Positions 47,544-57,598 of a stretch of 64,000 nucleotides of DNA are shown piece after piece; the stretch's first letter is position 1; each line of letters begins with the position of its first letter. The translations under genes were made by a program, and so were the position numbers. Where the stretch lies: NCBI GenBank assembly GCA_963713925.1, contig OY970212.1:896001-960000 (forward strand). Direction: 5' to 3'. The stretch is from an uncultured bacterium. Its GTDB lineage: Bacteria > Babelota > Babeliae > Babelales > Vermiphilaceae. Below the pieces are notes generated by a model. The model had not been told where the DNA came from and ran no database searches. It saw only the letters and a list, made by a program, of their open reading frames with translations.

Positions 47544-48791
47544 ATGAAGCGTTTTCTCATTCTTTTATCATGCATTTTTTCATTTTCAATTTTTATACCC
47601 CATACCGTGTACGGGGGCCTCAACTCTCACACCTATGACCCGGTGCTTGCCATTGTGATCATGGTCAAAAATGAGCAAGATAATATCGTCAAAACGCTCG
47701 AACCATACGTGCAAGCCGGCATCAACTCATATCTGGTATTTGATACAGGTTCTACTGATCAGACGATAGAAGTTATTTCAAACTATTTTGTAGAACAGGG
47801 TGTTACCGACGCCCACATCAGACAAGAACCGTTTATCGACTTTGCGACCTCACGCAATCGCGCACTTGATTTGGCGCAAGAAATTTTTCCAAATGCCGGT
47901 TTTTTTCTCATGCCCGATGCTGAATGGTATATGGAACATGCAGACTCGCTCGTGAAATTTTGTGATAACGAATTAGAATCAGGAAATGCGCGTGAATTAT
48001 ACTTAGTTCGTATCGGCAATGAGTATATCGATTTCTTCCATGCCCGATTATTTAAGGGAGACACCAAGATTCGTTTTGTCGGAAGTGTACACGAAATACC
48101 GAGTCAGGGAACTGGAAATAAAACGCCGCATGAGGTGTTCTTTCATTGGATGCCGTCAAAACTCGGTGCTGAAAAATCATTTGCACGATGGAAACGAGAT
48201 AAAGTCTTGCTTGAAAAAGATTACGCAAAAGACCCGCTCAATGCGCGAACGCTTTTCTATTTAGCTCAAACATATTCGCTGCTTGGAGAAGCAGAAAAAG
48301 CTGCCGAATTTTATCTCAAACGAACTCAAGTGCCAGGATTTGTCGAAGAAACATATGTAGCATGGTATCGCCTGGGACATATGTATGCAACGCTCTGTTC
48401 GCAAGGAAAAGCTTCTTGGGCATTCGCGCTGCTCTATTATATGCAGGCCTTTGCGTATAGACCGTGTCGAGCAGAACCGTTAATCACACTTGCTCGCCAC
48501 TATGTTGAAGAAGGAAATTATGATCTTGCCTATCTCTATGCACGCCGCGCCTGCGAAATTCCATATCCGGCACAGGATATCTTGTTTATCGATAAAAATC
48601 TCTACGATTATGATCGATATGAAATACTTTCGCGTGCATGTGTGTATGTGAAAGACTACATTGTGGGAGAATGGGCAACACTCAAGGCATTGGCAATCCA
48701 TCCTGATGACCAACGCTTACGAAATAATTTAAAACTACATGAGCTCCAAAAAAAGGGTCTTTCCTCTCAAACTATGACTGCCGCTGCATAA
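47544..48791 (+). CDS. Glycosyltransferase family 2 with TPR-like C-terminus and hydrophobic N-terminus
   Basis: IMVKNE, DTGSTD, FATSRNRAL, PDAEW, GSVHE; FYLAQTY helical repeats. Confidence 0.85.
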   Translation: MKRFLILLSCIFSFSIFIPHTVYGGLNSHTYDPVLAIVIMVKNEQDNIVKTLEPYVQAGINSYLVFDTGSTDQTIEVISNYFVEQGVTDAHIRQEPFIDFATSRNRALDLAQEIFPNAGFFLMPDAEWYMEHADSLVKFCDNELESGNARELYLVRIGNEYIDFFHARLFKGDTKIRFVGSVHEIPSQGTGNKTPHEVFFHWMPSKLGAEKSFARWKRDKVLLEKDYAKDPLNARTLFYLAQTYSLLGEAEKAAEFYLKRTQVPGFVEETYVAWYRLGHMYATLCSQGKASWAFALLYYMQAFAYRPCRAEPLITLARHYVEEGNYDLAYLYARRACEIPYPAQDILFIDKNLYDYDRYEILSRACVYVKDYIVGEWATLKALAIHPDDQRLRNNLKLHELQKKGLSSQTMTAAA

Positions 48792-50202
48792 CCCATTGAT
48801 GCGCGCGCTCAAGCAAATCTTGTTTGGTAAGAGTGTGATCTTCGATCTGAAGAGCATATAAATGATCAAGCAGTTCGCCCATGCTTGGCCCGGGAGCTAT
48901 GATGTTCATGACATCTCGGCCCAACACAAGCGGCTCTTCAGGCTTATATTCAATATGAAGTTCGCTCACAATGGACAAGAACAGATCAATCTGTGCTATT
49001 TCTATTCGTAACGGCTCATGCCCTTTCGGATTACGCCCACGCTTGTCAGCTTGTGCTAATTGCGCAAGCATCGCCATATTGGTGTAGGGAGCCAGTTTGA
49101 GCGCAAGCCGTTTGTATGCGCTCTTGCCAGATTTTTGTTCAACAAATACTATTGGATCCAGGTGATAGCGCACTAGCCGCTCAACTGCCGCGATAAGCAT
49201 TCCGTTTGCGGTAACACGTTTGAGCATTGAGCGCGCAAGCGGCACACCTTCAACTTGATGATTGTGGCTGATGATTTTTCCATCTTCTGTTTCAGTCGTT
49301 CCGACTTTTCCTAAATCATGACAAACTGCCGCCCAAGAAAGAATAACTTTTTCAAGCCCTTGATAGTGAGCATAATAAACGGCATCAAGTGTCTGCATAG
49401 AATGCTCAAATACATCACCTTCCGGATGCCATTGTCGATCTTGCACAACTCCCTTTGTTGCAGCAAGCTCCGGTAAAATTTCTTTTAATCGATCAATATC
49501 TTCCAACCAGCGAACTCCGAGTGATGCTCTTTTGGAGCGTAAAAATAATTTTTCGAATTCAACTTCAATGCGTTCACGCGCAATCTGAGAAATGTCCATA
49601 GTCCGACAAACCTCAGTCAGCTCTTGATCGGGATACATCTCAAATCGACCAATAAATTGCATGACGCGATAAAATCTGAGTGGATCTTGCAAGAAAAATG
49701 AAGCATTGGGAGCTCGCAATGTTTTTGTGATCAGGTCATGCAATCCATGAAAAGGATCTATCAATTCAGATGTGACCATATCGATTCCCATTGCATTGAT
49801 CGTCAGATCACGTCGTGCAAATGCTTGCTCAATCGGAAGATCAATTTTCGTTTGCACAATCGGCTTTCTACCGGCACTATCAATACGAGGAACAGACCAA
49901 TCAATGTCATACTTGGTTAATCGCAACACGCCAAAAGCTTTGCCTACTTCATCAACAAATCCAAACTGCGCCAAAACAGTTTTTAACTGATCGAGGCTCA
50001 TGCCATGAATTTCAATATCAACATCCTTGATCGATAAGCCCAAAAACATATCTCGAACCGCCCCACCCACTAACAAAATGCGAGCTCCATGCGCAGAAAG
50101 AGATGAAATAATTTCACGCAATCCTTTATTTTGATCCAATACGATCTTGATAGTTTTTTGAATCAGATCTGAAGTTTGTATAGAATGGGGGTACTGTGAC
50201 AT
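48772..50202 (-). CDS. cca: CCA tRNA nucleotidyltransferase with HD domain
   Basis: LVGGAVRD, DVDIE, RRDLTINAM, DPLR, WHPEGDVFEH, CHDLGK. Confidence 0.92.
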   Translation of the reverse strand: MSQYPHSIQTSDLIQKTIKIVLDQNKGLREIISSLSAHGARILLVGGAVRDMFLGLSIKDVDIEIHGMSLDQLKTVLAQFGFVDEVGKAFGVLRLTKYDIDWSVPRIDSAGRKPIVQTKIDLPIEQAFARRDLTINAMGIDMVTSELIDPFHGLHDLITKTLRAPNASFFLQDPLRFYRVMQFIGRFEMYPDQELTEVCRTMDISQIARERIEVEFEKLFLRSKRASLGVRWLEDIDRLKEILPELAATKGVVQDRQWHPEGDVFEHSMQTLDAVYYAHYQGLEKVILSWAAVCHDLGKVGTTETEDGKIISHNHQVEGVPLARSMLKRVTANGMLIAAVERLVRYHLDPIVFVEQKSGKSAYKRLALKLAPYTNMAMLAQLAQADKRGRNPKGHEPLRIEIAQIDLFLSIVSELHIEYKPEEPLVLGRDVMNIIAPGPSMGELLDHLYALQIEDHTLTKQDLLERAHQWVMQRQS

Positions 50203-50227
50203 ATTTTAATTCCATGTAAGGAAAATT

Positions 50228-51268
50228 ATGAATATAGAACTTACCAATTTTACACCCTACGCTTGTGAAGAACGAGAGCGGATGATTCACGTAAAAGCCC
50301 CCTTAATCGGGCCCCAAGCGAAGCAAATGCGAAGCTTGGGTATTTTACAGCATATCCTCGTATCGCTGGTTTTATCAACCCTCATTTCCACAAAAAATTT
50401 ATTTGGCGACTCGGAAAGCTCCTGGAAATCATGGCTTCCATGGCCTGCGAAAAAGTGGGAAAAATCGACCGAAACAATTACGTCCCAACTGAATCATCCA
50501 TCGTGTACGCTTGTCATCAATAATACACATGGCTCAATTACCTTAAAAACATGGGATAAGGAAAATGCAACGATTGAAATACAAAAAAGTGCTCCCGACA
50601 AAGAAGCTTTGGGAAAGATAAAGATTGAAAAAGTAGAAAAAAGAGATTTATTATCTTTGACGACGCAAGAAGGATCCAATCAACAGGTAGATTATCTCGT
50701 GCTCGTGCCCGCCCATGCGCACGTCCAAATCACAACACAAGATGGTGATATCAATTGCTCCGGCCATTTTTTGGGCAAAATTTCCGCGACGGTTGAAAAA
50801 GGTTCTATTTCAATGGATCATCATACACAGCTTTTTACTGCCTCAACCACAAAAACAGGCGGCATCACCATTCTCCAGGCCGATGGCCCGGTAAATGCAT
50901 CTACTGCGTCTGGCGCAATCGCGGTGAAAAATTCTAAAAATTCAGTCTTGGCAAAGACACAAAACGGCGCCCTATCGATTGACGTCCATTCGCTTCCGAC
51001 CACATCAAAAATTGACGTGAAAACAAATAATGGAACCGTGACACTCAAGCTCGATGCAACTGTTAATGCTGATATTCAAGCAAGCACGCAAAAAGGAACT
51101 CTTATTTCAACGATTCCAATCACTATTAAAAGCTACACAACAACCCTCGGACCGGATAGTTGGAAGCAATTTAAAAAATCAGTTGATGGAACGATTGGTT
51201 CAGGAGAGTCACTTATTTCAATCGCATGCGTTAAAGGATCGATTAAAATAAGTCCATTAAAGGCATAA
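50228..51268 (+). CDS. DUF4097/adhesin-like beta-repeat protein
   Basis: Repeated TxxGxI units; start uncertain (50228 or 50282). Confidence 0.75.
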   Translation: MNIELTNFTPYACEERERMIHVKAPLIGPQAKQMRSLGILQHILVSLVLSTLISTKNLFGDSESSWKSWLPWPAKKWEKSTETITSQLNHPSCTLVINNTHGSITLKTWDKENATIEIQKSAPDKEALGKIKIEKVEKRDLLSLTTQEGSNQQVDYLVLVPAHAHVQITTQDGDINCSGHFLGKISATVEKGSISMDHHTQLFTASTTKTGGITILQADGPVNASTASGAIAVKNSKNSVLAKTQNGALSIDVHSLPTTSKIDVKTNNGTVTLKLDATVNADIQASTQKGTLISTIPITIKSYTTTLGPDSWKQFKKSVDGTIGSGESLISIACVKGSIKISPLKA

Positions 51269-51294
51269 AATCACGGCCCTTACTGATAACAGTA

Positions 51295-51440
51295 AGAGCT
51301 TATACGAAAATTAAGCTTTCTAACTAAAAAGGGTTGATTTGTCATGCTGAACTTGTTTCAGCATCCAGGTTAAGTAGATCCTGAAATAAATTCAGGATGA
51401 CATAGCAATAAAAAACTTCTGGGATTTTCGGATAAGCTCT
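51295..51440. mobile_element. MITE-like element enclosing a family-B palindrome pair
   Basis: 17-bp terminal inverted repeat with one mismatch (AGAGCTTATACGAAAAT / ATTTTCGGATAAGCTCT). Confidence 0.65.
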
Positions 51441-51460
51441 AAGATGATGACCGTGAAAAT

Positions 51461-51652
51461 TTATCGTTTTTTTGATGGCGCTTTTGGAACTTTTGCTCCG
51501 GATTTCCGTGCTTCCGAGAGACCAATTGCTATTGCTTGCTTTCTGCTCGTTACTTTTTTACCACTTTTACCGGACTTTAATGTTCCTTCTTTCATCTCAT
51601 GCATTGCGCGTTTCACTTTCGCTTGTGATTTTTTTCCATATTTTCTTGCCAT
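51461..51652 (-). CDS. Small basic protein (DUF6496-like)
   Basis: KVKRAMHEMKEGTLKSG...SRKQAIAIGLSEAR; AGGAGG RBS. Confidence 0.85.
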   Translation of the reverse strand: MARKYGKKSQAKVKRAMHEMKEGTLKSGKSGKKVTSRKQAIAIGLSEARKSGAKVPKAPSKKR

Positions 51653-51756
51653 GATAACCTCCTTTTTTTAAATACAATATGCCCCGGCAAAAAACCGGGG
51701 CACATCAAGATTATGGTGTCCCCAAGCGTAATGTATGTAGCTTGGGGTTTATTAGT

Positions 51757-51951
51757 TTATTCCATATCCTCTTCACGTCGTGAACCAGCTTCTCGCTTTT
51801 CACCACGGTTTGATTGAGCTTGTTTAGACTCATTACGCTCATGCTTCATCGATTTTTCTTCACGTTCAGCATGATTAAATTGTCCATGCTTTGAAGCTTC
51901 TTTTTGTTCTTTTTGGTTGTTGTTCCAACCGTGTTTTTTTTCGTTAGCCAT
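51757..51951 (-). CDS. Small hydrophilic (hydrophilin-like) protein
   Basis: AAGGAGG RBS; 64 aa almost devoid of hydrophobic residues. Confidence 0.8.
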   Translation of the reverse strand: MANEKKHGWNNNQKEQKEASKHGQFNHAEREEKSMKHERNESKQAQSNRGEKREAGSRREEDME

Positions 51952-52138
51952 GAGAACCTCCTTTTTAGGTAATAGCTACAATAGACTCCCCGATACAAGA
52001 ACTGTACCTGGTTACTATAAGTGTAACAACTCAACTACCCAAAAAGCAATAATTTCAGTTAAAAATTTTAATTTAGGCTAAAAAAAGATATCCCGGAGAA
52101 ATTAATCTCGGGATATCTTTTTTTGTAAGCAAATGTAT

Positions 52139-52315
52139 TTATTTGCAATTTTTGTCGCCGCATTTGCCGCAATCACTGCATTTACAGTCTTTGCCGCAGC
52201 AGTCACAGTCTTTCGCACAAGACTTGCCATGCTTTTCATGCTTCATTGACTTATCATGGTGCGACGCACTCTTTTCTGAGTGAGGGTGTTGACCATATTT
52301 TTTTTCCTGAGCCAT
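52139..52315 (-). CDS. 58-aa His/Cys-rich metallothionein-like protein (absent from the ORF track)
   Basis: Hand translation MAQEKKYGQHPHSEKSASHHDKSMKHEKHGKSCAKDCDCCGKDCKCSDCGKCGDKNCK; AAGGAG RBS; downstream hairpin at 52080-52124. Confidence 0.8.
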   Translation of the reverse strand: MAQEKKYGQHPHSEKSASHHDKSMKHEKHGKSCAKDCDCCGKDCKCSDCGKCGDKNCK

Positions 52316-52427
52316 GAGAATCTCCTTAAATTATAGCTGGAAATAGACTCCTGGAGCATTCCTACTTTTATTTTTCTATAAAAATACCTCCAGTTACTTT
52401 CATCGTAGCATAAACAGCAATCTTATT

Positions 52428-53003
52428 TCAATATTCAGATTGAAAATTATTTACATGGGGTCTGTGTTCTGCCGCCTTGAATTGTTGTTCTAAAATATCG
52501 CGAACACGAGCATGTCGCTCATCATATATCGGGTTAAATTGATCCGAGCAGAAAAAGGGTCGTGTCATAAGCTCTTGTTTTTTCAGAGATACTAAGGCTT
52601 GCCCGGCAATTTGACGAATACATTCGGGGTTATCCTCACATTGTTTGATTGCGACAAAAAGTTGCAACACTTCAAATGCATATCCTTTTTTGGCAAACGT
52701 ACAAATAATTTTTTTTAATGATTTAACACAAACAGCATTGAAGGGAATGATTGCGAGATATCCTTTTATTTTTTTAACTTCCTCCTGCGCTTCATGTTCG
52801 TTTAAACCATGATTTGCTTTAATCCGACTTGCTGTCATTTCCAAGGCATAGCGCGCGTCAGCAATTTGAAGCATTCTAATCGCCATATTCTGTCGATTTA
52901 CTTTTTCAAGACGGGGTGATATTGTCGGCTTATCAGCTGCTCTGATAAAAGAGACGAAACTAAGAAATAGAAATGTCAGCTGACTTCTCACGAGACTCTC
53001 CAT
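52428..53003 (-). CDS. Hypothetical protein with a hydrophobic N-terminus
   Basis: ORF fills intergenic space; start uncertain. Confidence 0.65.
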   Translation of the reverse strand: MESLVRSQLTFLFLSFVSFIRAADKPTISPRLEKVNRQNMAIRMLQIADARYALEMTASRIKANHGLNEHEAQEEVKKIKGYLAIIPFNAVCVKSLKKIICTFAKKGYAFEVLQLFVAIKQCEDNPECIRQIAGQALVSLKKQELMTRPFFCSDQFNPIYDERHARVRDILEQQFKAAEHRPHVNNFQSEY

Positions 53004-53018
53004 TTTATTTTTGTGACA

Positions 53019-53065
53019 AATGAGTGGGGTGACTATACTCAATAAGCGTAGTCACCCCACTCATT
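53019..53065. repeat. Perfect 17-bp-stem hairpin (terminator or REP-like)
   Basis: AATGAGTGGGGTGACTA...TAGTCACCCCACTCATT. Confidence 0.65.
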
Positions 53066-53102
53066 CGATTGCAAGCTAACGTAATTTTAAATCAAATTAT
53101 CC

Positions 53103-53657
53103 TCATGCTACCTTTTTAATATCTTCATCAGTAACATTGCCAAACAAATTAATGCCTGAGCTCGCACCACTTCCGGTGAAAAGCCCCTTCGCCCTATTTC
53201 CTTTTTGTGGTCGAATGGAAATATTGCCATCTTTATCTTCTTCGACAACAAGCGCTATAATTTTTCTCTTGCTATTTTGATTGAGTTTATAGGTAATCGA
53301 TTTTTTGGTTTTTGGGTTATAAACTTGAAATTTGAATTCTTGCGTTACATCGAGTGGTTCAATCCCTCTTGCTCCTTGTCGAGATTGACCACCAACCACT
53401 TGAGTTATACGCAAATAATCTTTGCCCTTTAATTTTCCCTGAACACGATCTTTTGTGAGGGCCTGATTTTCTTTAAAAACCGCTAGACCCTTGCTTTGAA
53501 TATCAAGCCCGATACCAAAATCGTTTTTGGTATCATTGCGCACTTCGATAATGCCTACAGTTTGGCTCGGCTTTGACCCTTGCTCACTAATAACTTCAAC
53601 ATCCGCTTGAAGCATTGCCGCAGACATGAGCAACATACTGGCTATTTGTTTTTTCAT
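53103..53657 (-). CDS. Secreted hypothetical protein
   Basis: AGGAG/GAGG RBS; MKKQIASMLLMSAAMLQA signal. Confidence 0.8.
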   Translation of the reverse strand: MKKQIASMLLMSAAMLQADVEVISEQGSKPSQTVGIIEVRNDTKNDFGIGLDIQSKGLAVFKENQALTKDRVQGKLKGKDYLRITQVVGGQSRQGARGIEPLDVTQEFKFQVYNPKTKKSITYKLNQNSKRKIIALVVEEDKDGNISIRPQKGNRAKGLFTGSGASSGINLFGNVTDEDIKKVA

Positions 53658-53817
53658 TCCTCACTCCTTTCAAATAAAAAAAATAAGACTTCGGATACAT
53701 CCTATTCTAAACGTGGTTCAAATTGCTATACCTTTTCACGGCTCTGGTAGCGGTATTTTCAAATTTGGTGTATTTTACTCAGAAAAGATCATTTATATTC
53801 TCGTTTGAGGAAATATC

Positions 53818-55521
53818 ATGAAATCAGATAAAGCCCTTGAAATGCTGCGCCATTCATGCGCGCATCTTCTCGCACACGCTGTTGTAGAACTCTATCCTGA
53901 TACCTTGCTTACTATTGGACCCGCAACTGAAACAGGCTTTTTTTATGATTTCCTTCCAACGACAAACTTCAAAGAGGCCGACCTTCCTGCTATTGAAACT
54001 CGCATGCGAGAAATTCAAGCGCGCAACCTGCCTATTACTCACAAACAAATAACAAAGGATGAGGCTCGAAAGATATTTGCCAGCAATCGATTCAAACTGG
54101 AACTTATTAATGAAATTCCCGGCGACACAGTCGGGCTCGCAAGCCAAGGCAATTTTCATGACCTCTGTAAAGGAGGACACGTCAATGCAACCGGAGATAT
54201 CAAGCATTATAAAATCCAAGCAATCTCCGGATCATACTGGCGCGCAGATAAAACCAACCAAGCCTTGCAACGCATCACCGGTACTGCATTTTTGACCGAA
54301 AAAGATCTCAAAGACTACGAGCAACAGATTGAAGACGCGCAGCGCTATGACCATCGCCGCATCGGAAAACAGCTTGATCTCTTTTCTTTCCATGAAGAAG
54401 GAGTCGGATTTCCCTTTTTTCACCCGAAGGGCAAGTTCGTTTTGAATCTTCTGCAAGGGTATCTACGAAAGCTGCTTGAAAAAGCCGGGTATCTTGAAAT
54501 TCAAACACCCATCATGCTTTCAGATGAATTGTGGAAACAATCGGGACATTATGCACATTATAAAAATAATATGTATTTCTGTTCCATTGATGAGAAAGAT
54601 TACGCAGTCAAACCGATGAACTGCCCCGGCTCAATTCTCATTTATAAAGAGCGCCCACGATCATACAAAGATCTCCCGCTTCGACTTTCTGAATTTGGAT
54701 TAGTACATCGCTTTGAACTTTCAGGAGTGTTGCATGGGCTATTCCGCGTGAGAGCATTTACCATTGATGACGCCCATATTTTCTGCACCCCTGAGCAAAT
54801 CGAGCAAGAAGTCTTGAATGCTATCAAGCTCAATGTGGAAGTGTTTAAAAAGTTCGGCTTTGAACATATTGATATCGGTCTTTCAACCAAGCCTTCAAAC
54901 GCAATGGGCAGCGATGCTTTGTGGAAAAAGGCAATTGATGCATTAGCAAATGCACTCACTACTGCAGGACTGAAATTTAAAATTAATGAAGGCGACGGAG
55001 CCTTTTACGGGCCTAAAATCGAATTTGGTATCAAAGATTCGATGGGCCGCGAATGGCAATGCGGCACCGTGCAGCTCGACTTTTTCCTTCCGGAAAATTT
55101 CAACCTCGAGTATGTCGCCTCCGGCGGGGCCAAAGAGCGGCCGGTCATGATTCACCGCGCCATTTATGGTTCATTTGAGCGATTCTTTGCAATTCTACTT
55201 GAACACTTTAAGGGCAACCTCCCATTCTGGGTTGCGCCGACACAAATTCGTATTTTAACCATTACTGATGAACAAAAGCCATATGCGCTCGATATCGCTG
55301 AGAAATTAAAAGCAACCGGTTTACGCGTGGAGATTGATGAATCGCATGATCAGATATCTGCTCAAATTAAAACAGCCCAATTGGCTAAGATTCCATGGAT
55401 GCTCGTAATTGGTAAAAAAGAAGCTGAAAACAAGACGATTACGCTCAGATATTTGGACGGCAAGCAGGAGTTTGGATTGAACTTAGAAACGGTCATTGAA
55501 AAGGCCAAGAACCTTTTATAG
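53818..55521 (+). CDS. thrS: Threonine--tRNA ligase (lacks the N-terminal TGS domain)
   Basis: RHSCAHLLA, DLCKGGHV, KPMNCPG, GAFYGPK, HRAIYGSFERF. Confidence 0.98.
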   Translation: MKSDKALEMLRHSCAHLLAHAVVELYPDTLLTIGPATETGFFYDFLPTTNFKEADLPAIETRMREIQARNLPITHKQITKDEARKIFASNRFKLELINEIPGDTVGLASQGNFHDLCKGGHVNATGDIKHYKIQAISGSYWRADKTNQALQRITGTAFLTEKDLKDYEQQIEDAQRYDHRRIGKQLDLFSFHEEGVGFPFFHPKGKFVLNLLQGYLRKLLEKAGYLEIQTPIMLSDELWKQSGHYAHYKNNMYFCSIDEKDYAVKPMNCPGSILIYKERPRSYKDLPLRLSEFGLVHRFELSGVLHGLFRVRAFTIDDAHIFCTPEQIEQEVLNAIKLNVEVFKKFGFEHIDIGLSTKPSNAMGSDALWKKAIDALANALTTAGLKFKINEGDGAFYGPKIEFGIKDSMGREWQCGTVQLDFFLPENFNLEYVASGGAKERPVMIHRAIYGSFERFFAILLEHFKGNLPFWVAPTQIRILTITDEQKPYALDIAEKLKATGLRVEIDESHDQISAQIKTAQLAKIPWMLVIGKKEAENKTITLRYLDGKQEFGLNLETVIEKAKNLL

Positions 55522-55535
55522 CGAAATAATTTTGC

Positions 55536-56693
55536 ATGAAAAGTATGAATGTAACGATATCTCTGTCGTTTCTTATCTTTAACACAATAGTTTTCTCACT
55601 ATGTGCTCTTGATATCCCAAAACTGAGGGATGCTGTTATTATCAAACCGATCGTCGATGCAAGCATAAGCATGCCGATTCCTATTAATGATCCGGCATCG
55701 CCACAGAACGAAAAAATCAGAAGAGCTCATCAGTTTCTTTTCAATCAAAGAGTGAGTGTGATCGGTCAGGATCAAGGCTGCCTTGTTGTGCAAGTAACAG
55801 ATGATAATGCCATATATGGGACAAGACAAGAAGGTTTACACAACACATTTTGGATCAAACGGAGTGATATCAAAATGCTTAACGAAATAGCTAAAGACAT
55901 TCGAAAGACCATACCTAAGTCAATCTATGGCAAGGGGTCGACAATTGTGCTGACATACCCATGGAAAGGCTTGTCGACTGGCACTCGATTGCGATACTGT
56001 CCCGAATATACAACAGACCAAAGTTATCTTGTTGCATACCCCGACCATCAAAAAAATTCGATATCATATGACTATGTTTCTCATCAAGACGCGATTGTAG
56101 AAACCCCCAAAACCTCCCTTGAATCTCGCGCTCTCTTTGTACGTCTTATCAATGGATTGATGGATAGATTATATGAGTCTGGTGACAAAGTGATCCCTTA
56201 TGTATGGGGTGGAAGCAGTTTTATCAGGGCACACGCCCCCAATGATTATTATCTGGCAGAAGATGGGTCTGCTTGGCATAGAGCTGGAAATCAGATGCCA
56301 TATACCGGTTACGATTGCTCCGAATTTGTGATGCGTATGGCACAAATGGTAGGAATCAATTTCCCATGGAAAATAACTACCACAATGAAAGATGCTCTTT
56401 CTCCCCTCGCTCCCGAGGATCAACTCCAAGAAGGCGACCTGATTTGGACGCACGGGCATATTATGCTTGTAAGCAATCTTGAGCGTAATGAAGTTATAGA
56501 ATCTCGTGGTTACAGCTCCGGATACGGATGCGTACATCGAATTCGTCTGTGCGAATGCCTTGACGGTGTTGAAACATTTAATGAGCTTTGCAAGCGATAT
56601 GTAGCACAAGAGCCGATTCGCTACAAAAATAAAGCTGGTTTCCTCGCTGATAAATCCCAACCCTTTCAATTGTTAAAACTTCCTTGCGACTAA
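55536..56693 (+). CDS. NlpC/P60 family peptidase
   Basis: PYVWGG, GYDCSEF, GDLIW, GHIML; N-terminal hydrophobic segment. Confidence 0.85.
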   Translation: MKSMNVTISLSFLIFNTIVFSLCALDIPKLRDAVIIKPIVDASISMPIPINDPASPQNEKIRRAHQFLFNQRVSVIGQDQGCLVVQVTDDNAIYGTRQEGLHNTFWIKRSDIKMLNEIAKDIRKTIPKSIYGKGSTIVLTYPWKGLSTGTRLRYCPEYTTDQSYLVAYPDHQKNSISYDYVSHQDAIVETPKTSLESRALFVRLINGLMDRLYESGDKVIPYVWGGSSFIRAHAPNDYYLAEDGSAWHRAGNQMPYTGYDCSEFVMRMAQMVGINFPWKITTTMKDALSPLAPEDQLQEGDLIWTHGHIMLVSNLERNEVIESRGYSSGYGCVHRIRLCECLDGVETFNELCKRYVAQEPIRYKNKAGFLADKSQPFQLLKLPCD

Positions 56694-56755
56694 AAACCAA
56701 ACAAAATTTGGGAAATAGTGGCCCCCAAGCTCATGCGCTTCGCTTGAGGTGATCA

Positions 56756-57418
56756 TCAGCGAGATCTAGTGACGCCCTTGCGCTGGCACAAATCAAAGAT
56801 AGGGCATTTTGAGCAAAAGGGAGAAATGGGAACACATATGTTTTGCCCCCACATAACAAGCAAACGTGTGTATTGAATCCAATACTTTTTTGGCAACAGC
56901 TCCCGCAGTGCCTTTTCCGTTTCTTCAGGAGCTTTGGTTGAGACTAAGCCAAGCCGGTTAGAAATCCGATGAACATGAGTATCGACAACCATTGCAGGTA
57001 TGCCAAAGCCTTCGGCAAGGACCAAATTAGCGGTTTTGCGCCCTACCCCGGGCAATGTCAGAAGTTCTTCCATAGCATTGGGGACTTGAGATGAATAGTT
57101 TGAGATGAGAATGGCTGAAATTTGATGAATGGCGCGCGATTTGTTACGATAAAAACCCACCGGATAGATGAGTTTTTGAATCTGTTCCAAGGAAAGCGCA
57201 AGCATTTGAGAAGGTGTCTTTGCATGCTCAAAGAGCCTGATTGAAGCAGGCAACGAGACAGTATCTCTCGTTCTGAGGCTCAAAATACACGAAATAAGCA
57301 CTAAATAAGGGTCCCGCCCAAACTGATCGACTATTGAAATCGATGCAGGTGGCATCATGCCCTTGGTTGCTTTTTCGAGCGTTTTAATGATTAGTTCAAT
57401 ACGCCCTTCTGAAACCAT
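56756..57418 (-). CDS. nth: Endonuclease III
   Basis: LPGVGRKTAN HhH, VDTHVHR, C-x6-C-x2-C-x5-C. Confidence 0.95.
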   Translation of the reverse strand: MVSEGRIELIIKTLEKATKGMMPPASISIVDQFGRDPYLVLISCILSLRTRDTVSLPASIRLFEHAKTPSQMLALSLEQIQKLIYPVGFYRNKSRAIHQISAILISNYSSQVPNAMEELLTLPGVGRKTANLVLAEGFGIPAMVVDTHVHRISNRLGLVSTKAPEETEKALRELLPKKYWIQYTRLLVMWGQNICVPISPFCSKCPIFDLCQRKGVTRSR

Positions 57419-57426
57419 CTCGATAA

Positions 57427-57537
57427 TTAACGGAATGGAGGAAACTCTTCAGCAAACACGATTGCCGCAATAACAAATAGGGCAAGTTTAACGTAATCAG
57501 AGTTTACAAAAGCTATAATATTCTTTAGTTTATTCAT
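57427..57537 (-). CDS. 36-aa hydrophobic peptide ending FPPFR, divergent from regulator 1
   Basis: MNKLKNIIAFVNSDYVKLALFVIAAIVFAEEFPPFR; AGGAG RBS; own promoter; positional twin at 60317..60394. Confidence 0.7.
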   Translation of the reverse strand: MNKLKNIIAFVNSDYVKLALFVIAAIVFAEEFPPFR

Positions 57538-57568
57538 AAGTGGACTCCTGATAAAACAATCTGACCCA

Positions 57569-57597
57569 AGTATAACCACTTGGCAACCTAAGATCAA
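57569..57597 (-). promoter_or_regulatory. Sigma70-like promoter for peptide 1
   Basis: TTGATC (57592-97)-N17-TATACT (57569-74); overlaps the palindrome CCAAGT-N6-ACTTGG. Confidence 0.7.
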
Positions 57598-57598
57598 T

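Noticed and set aside
53818..55521. thrS lacking the N-terminal TGS domain as a pseudogene
   Set aside because: It has an RBS and an intact ORF with all catalytic motifs, and short ThrRS forms are known.
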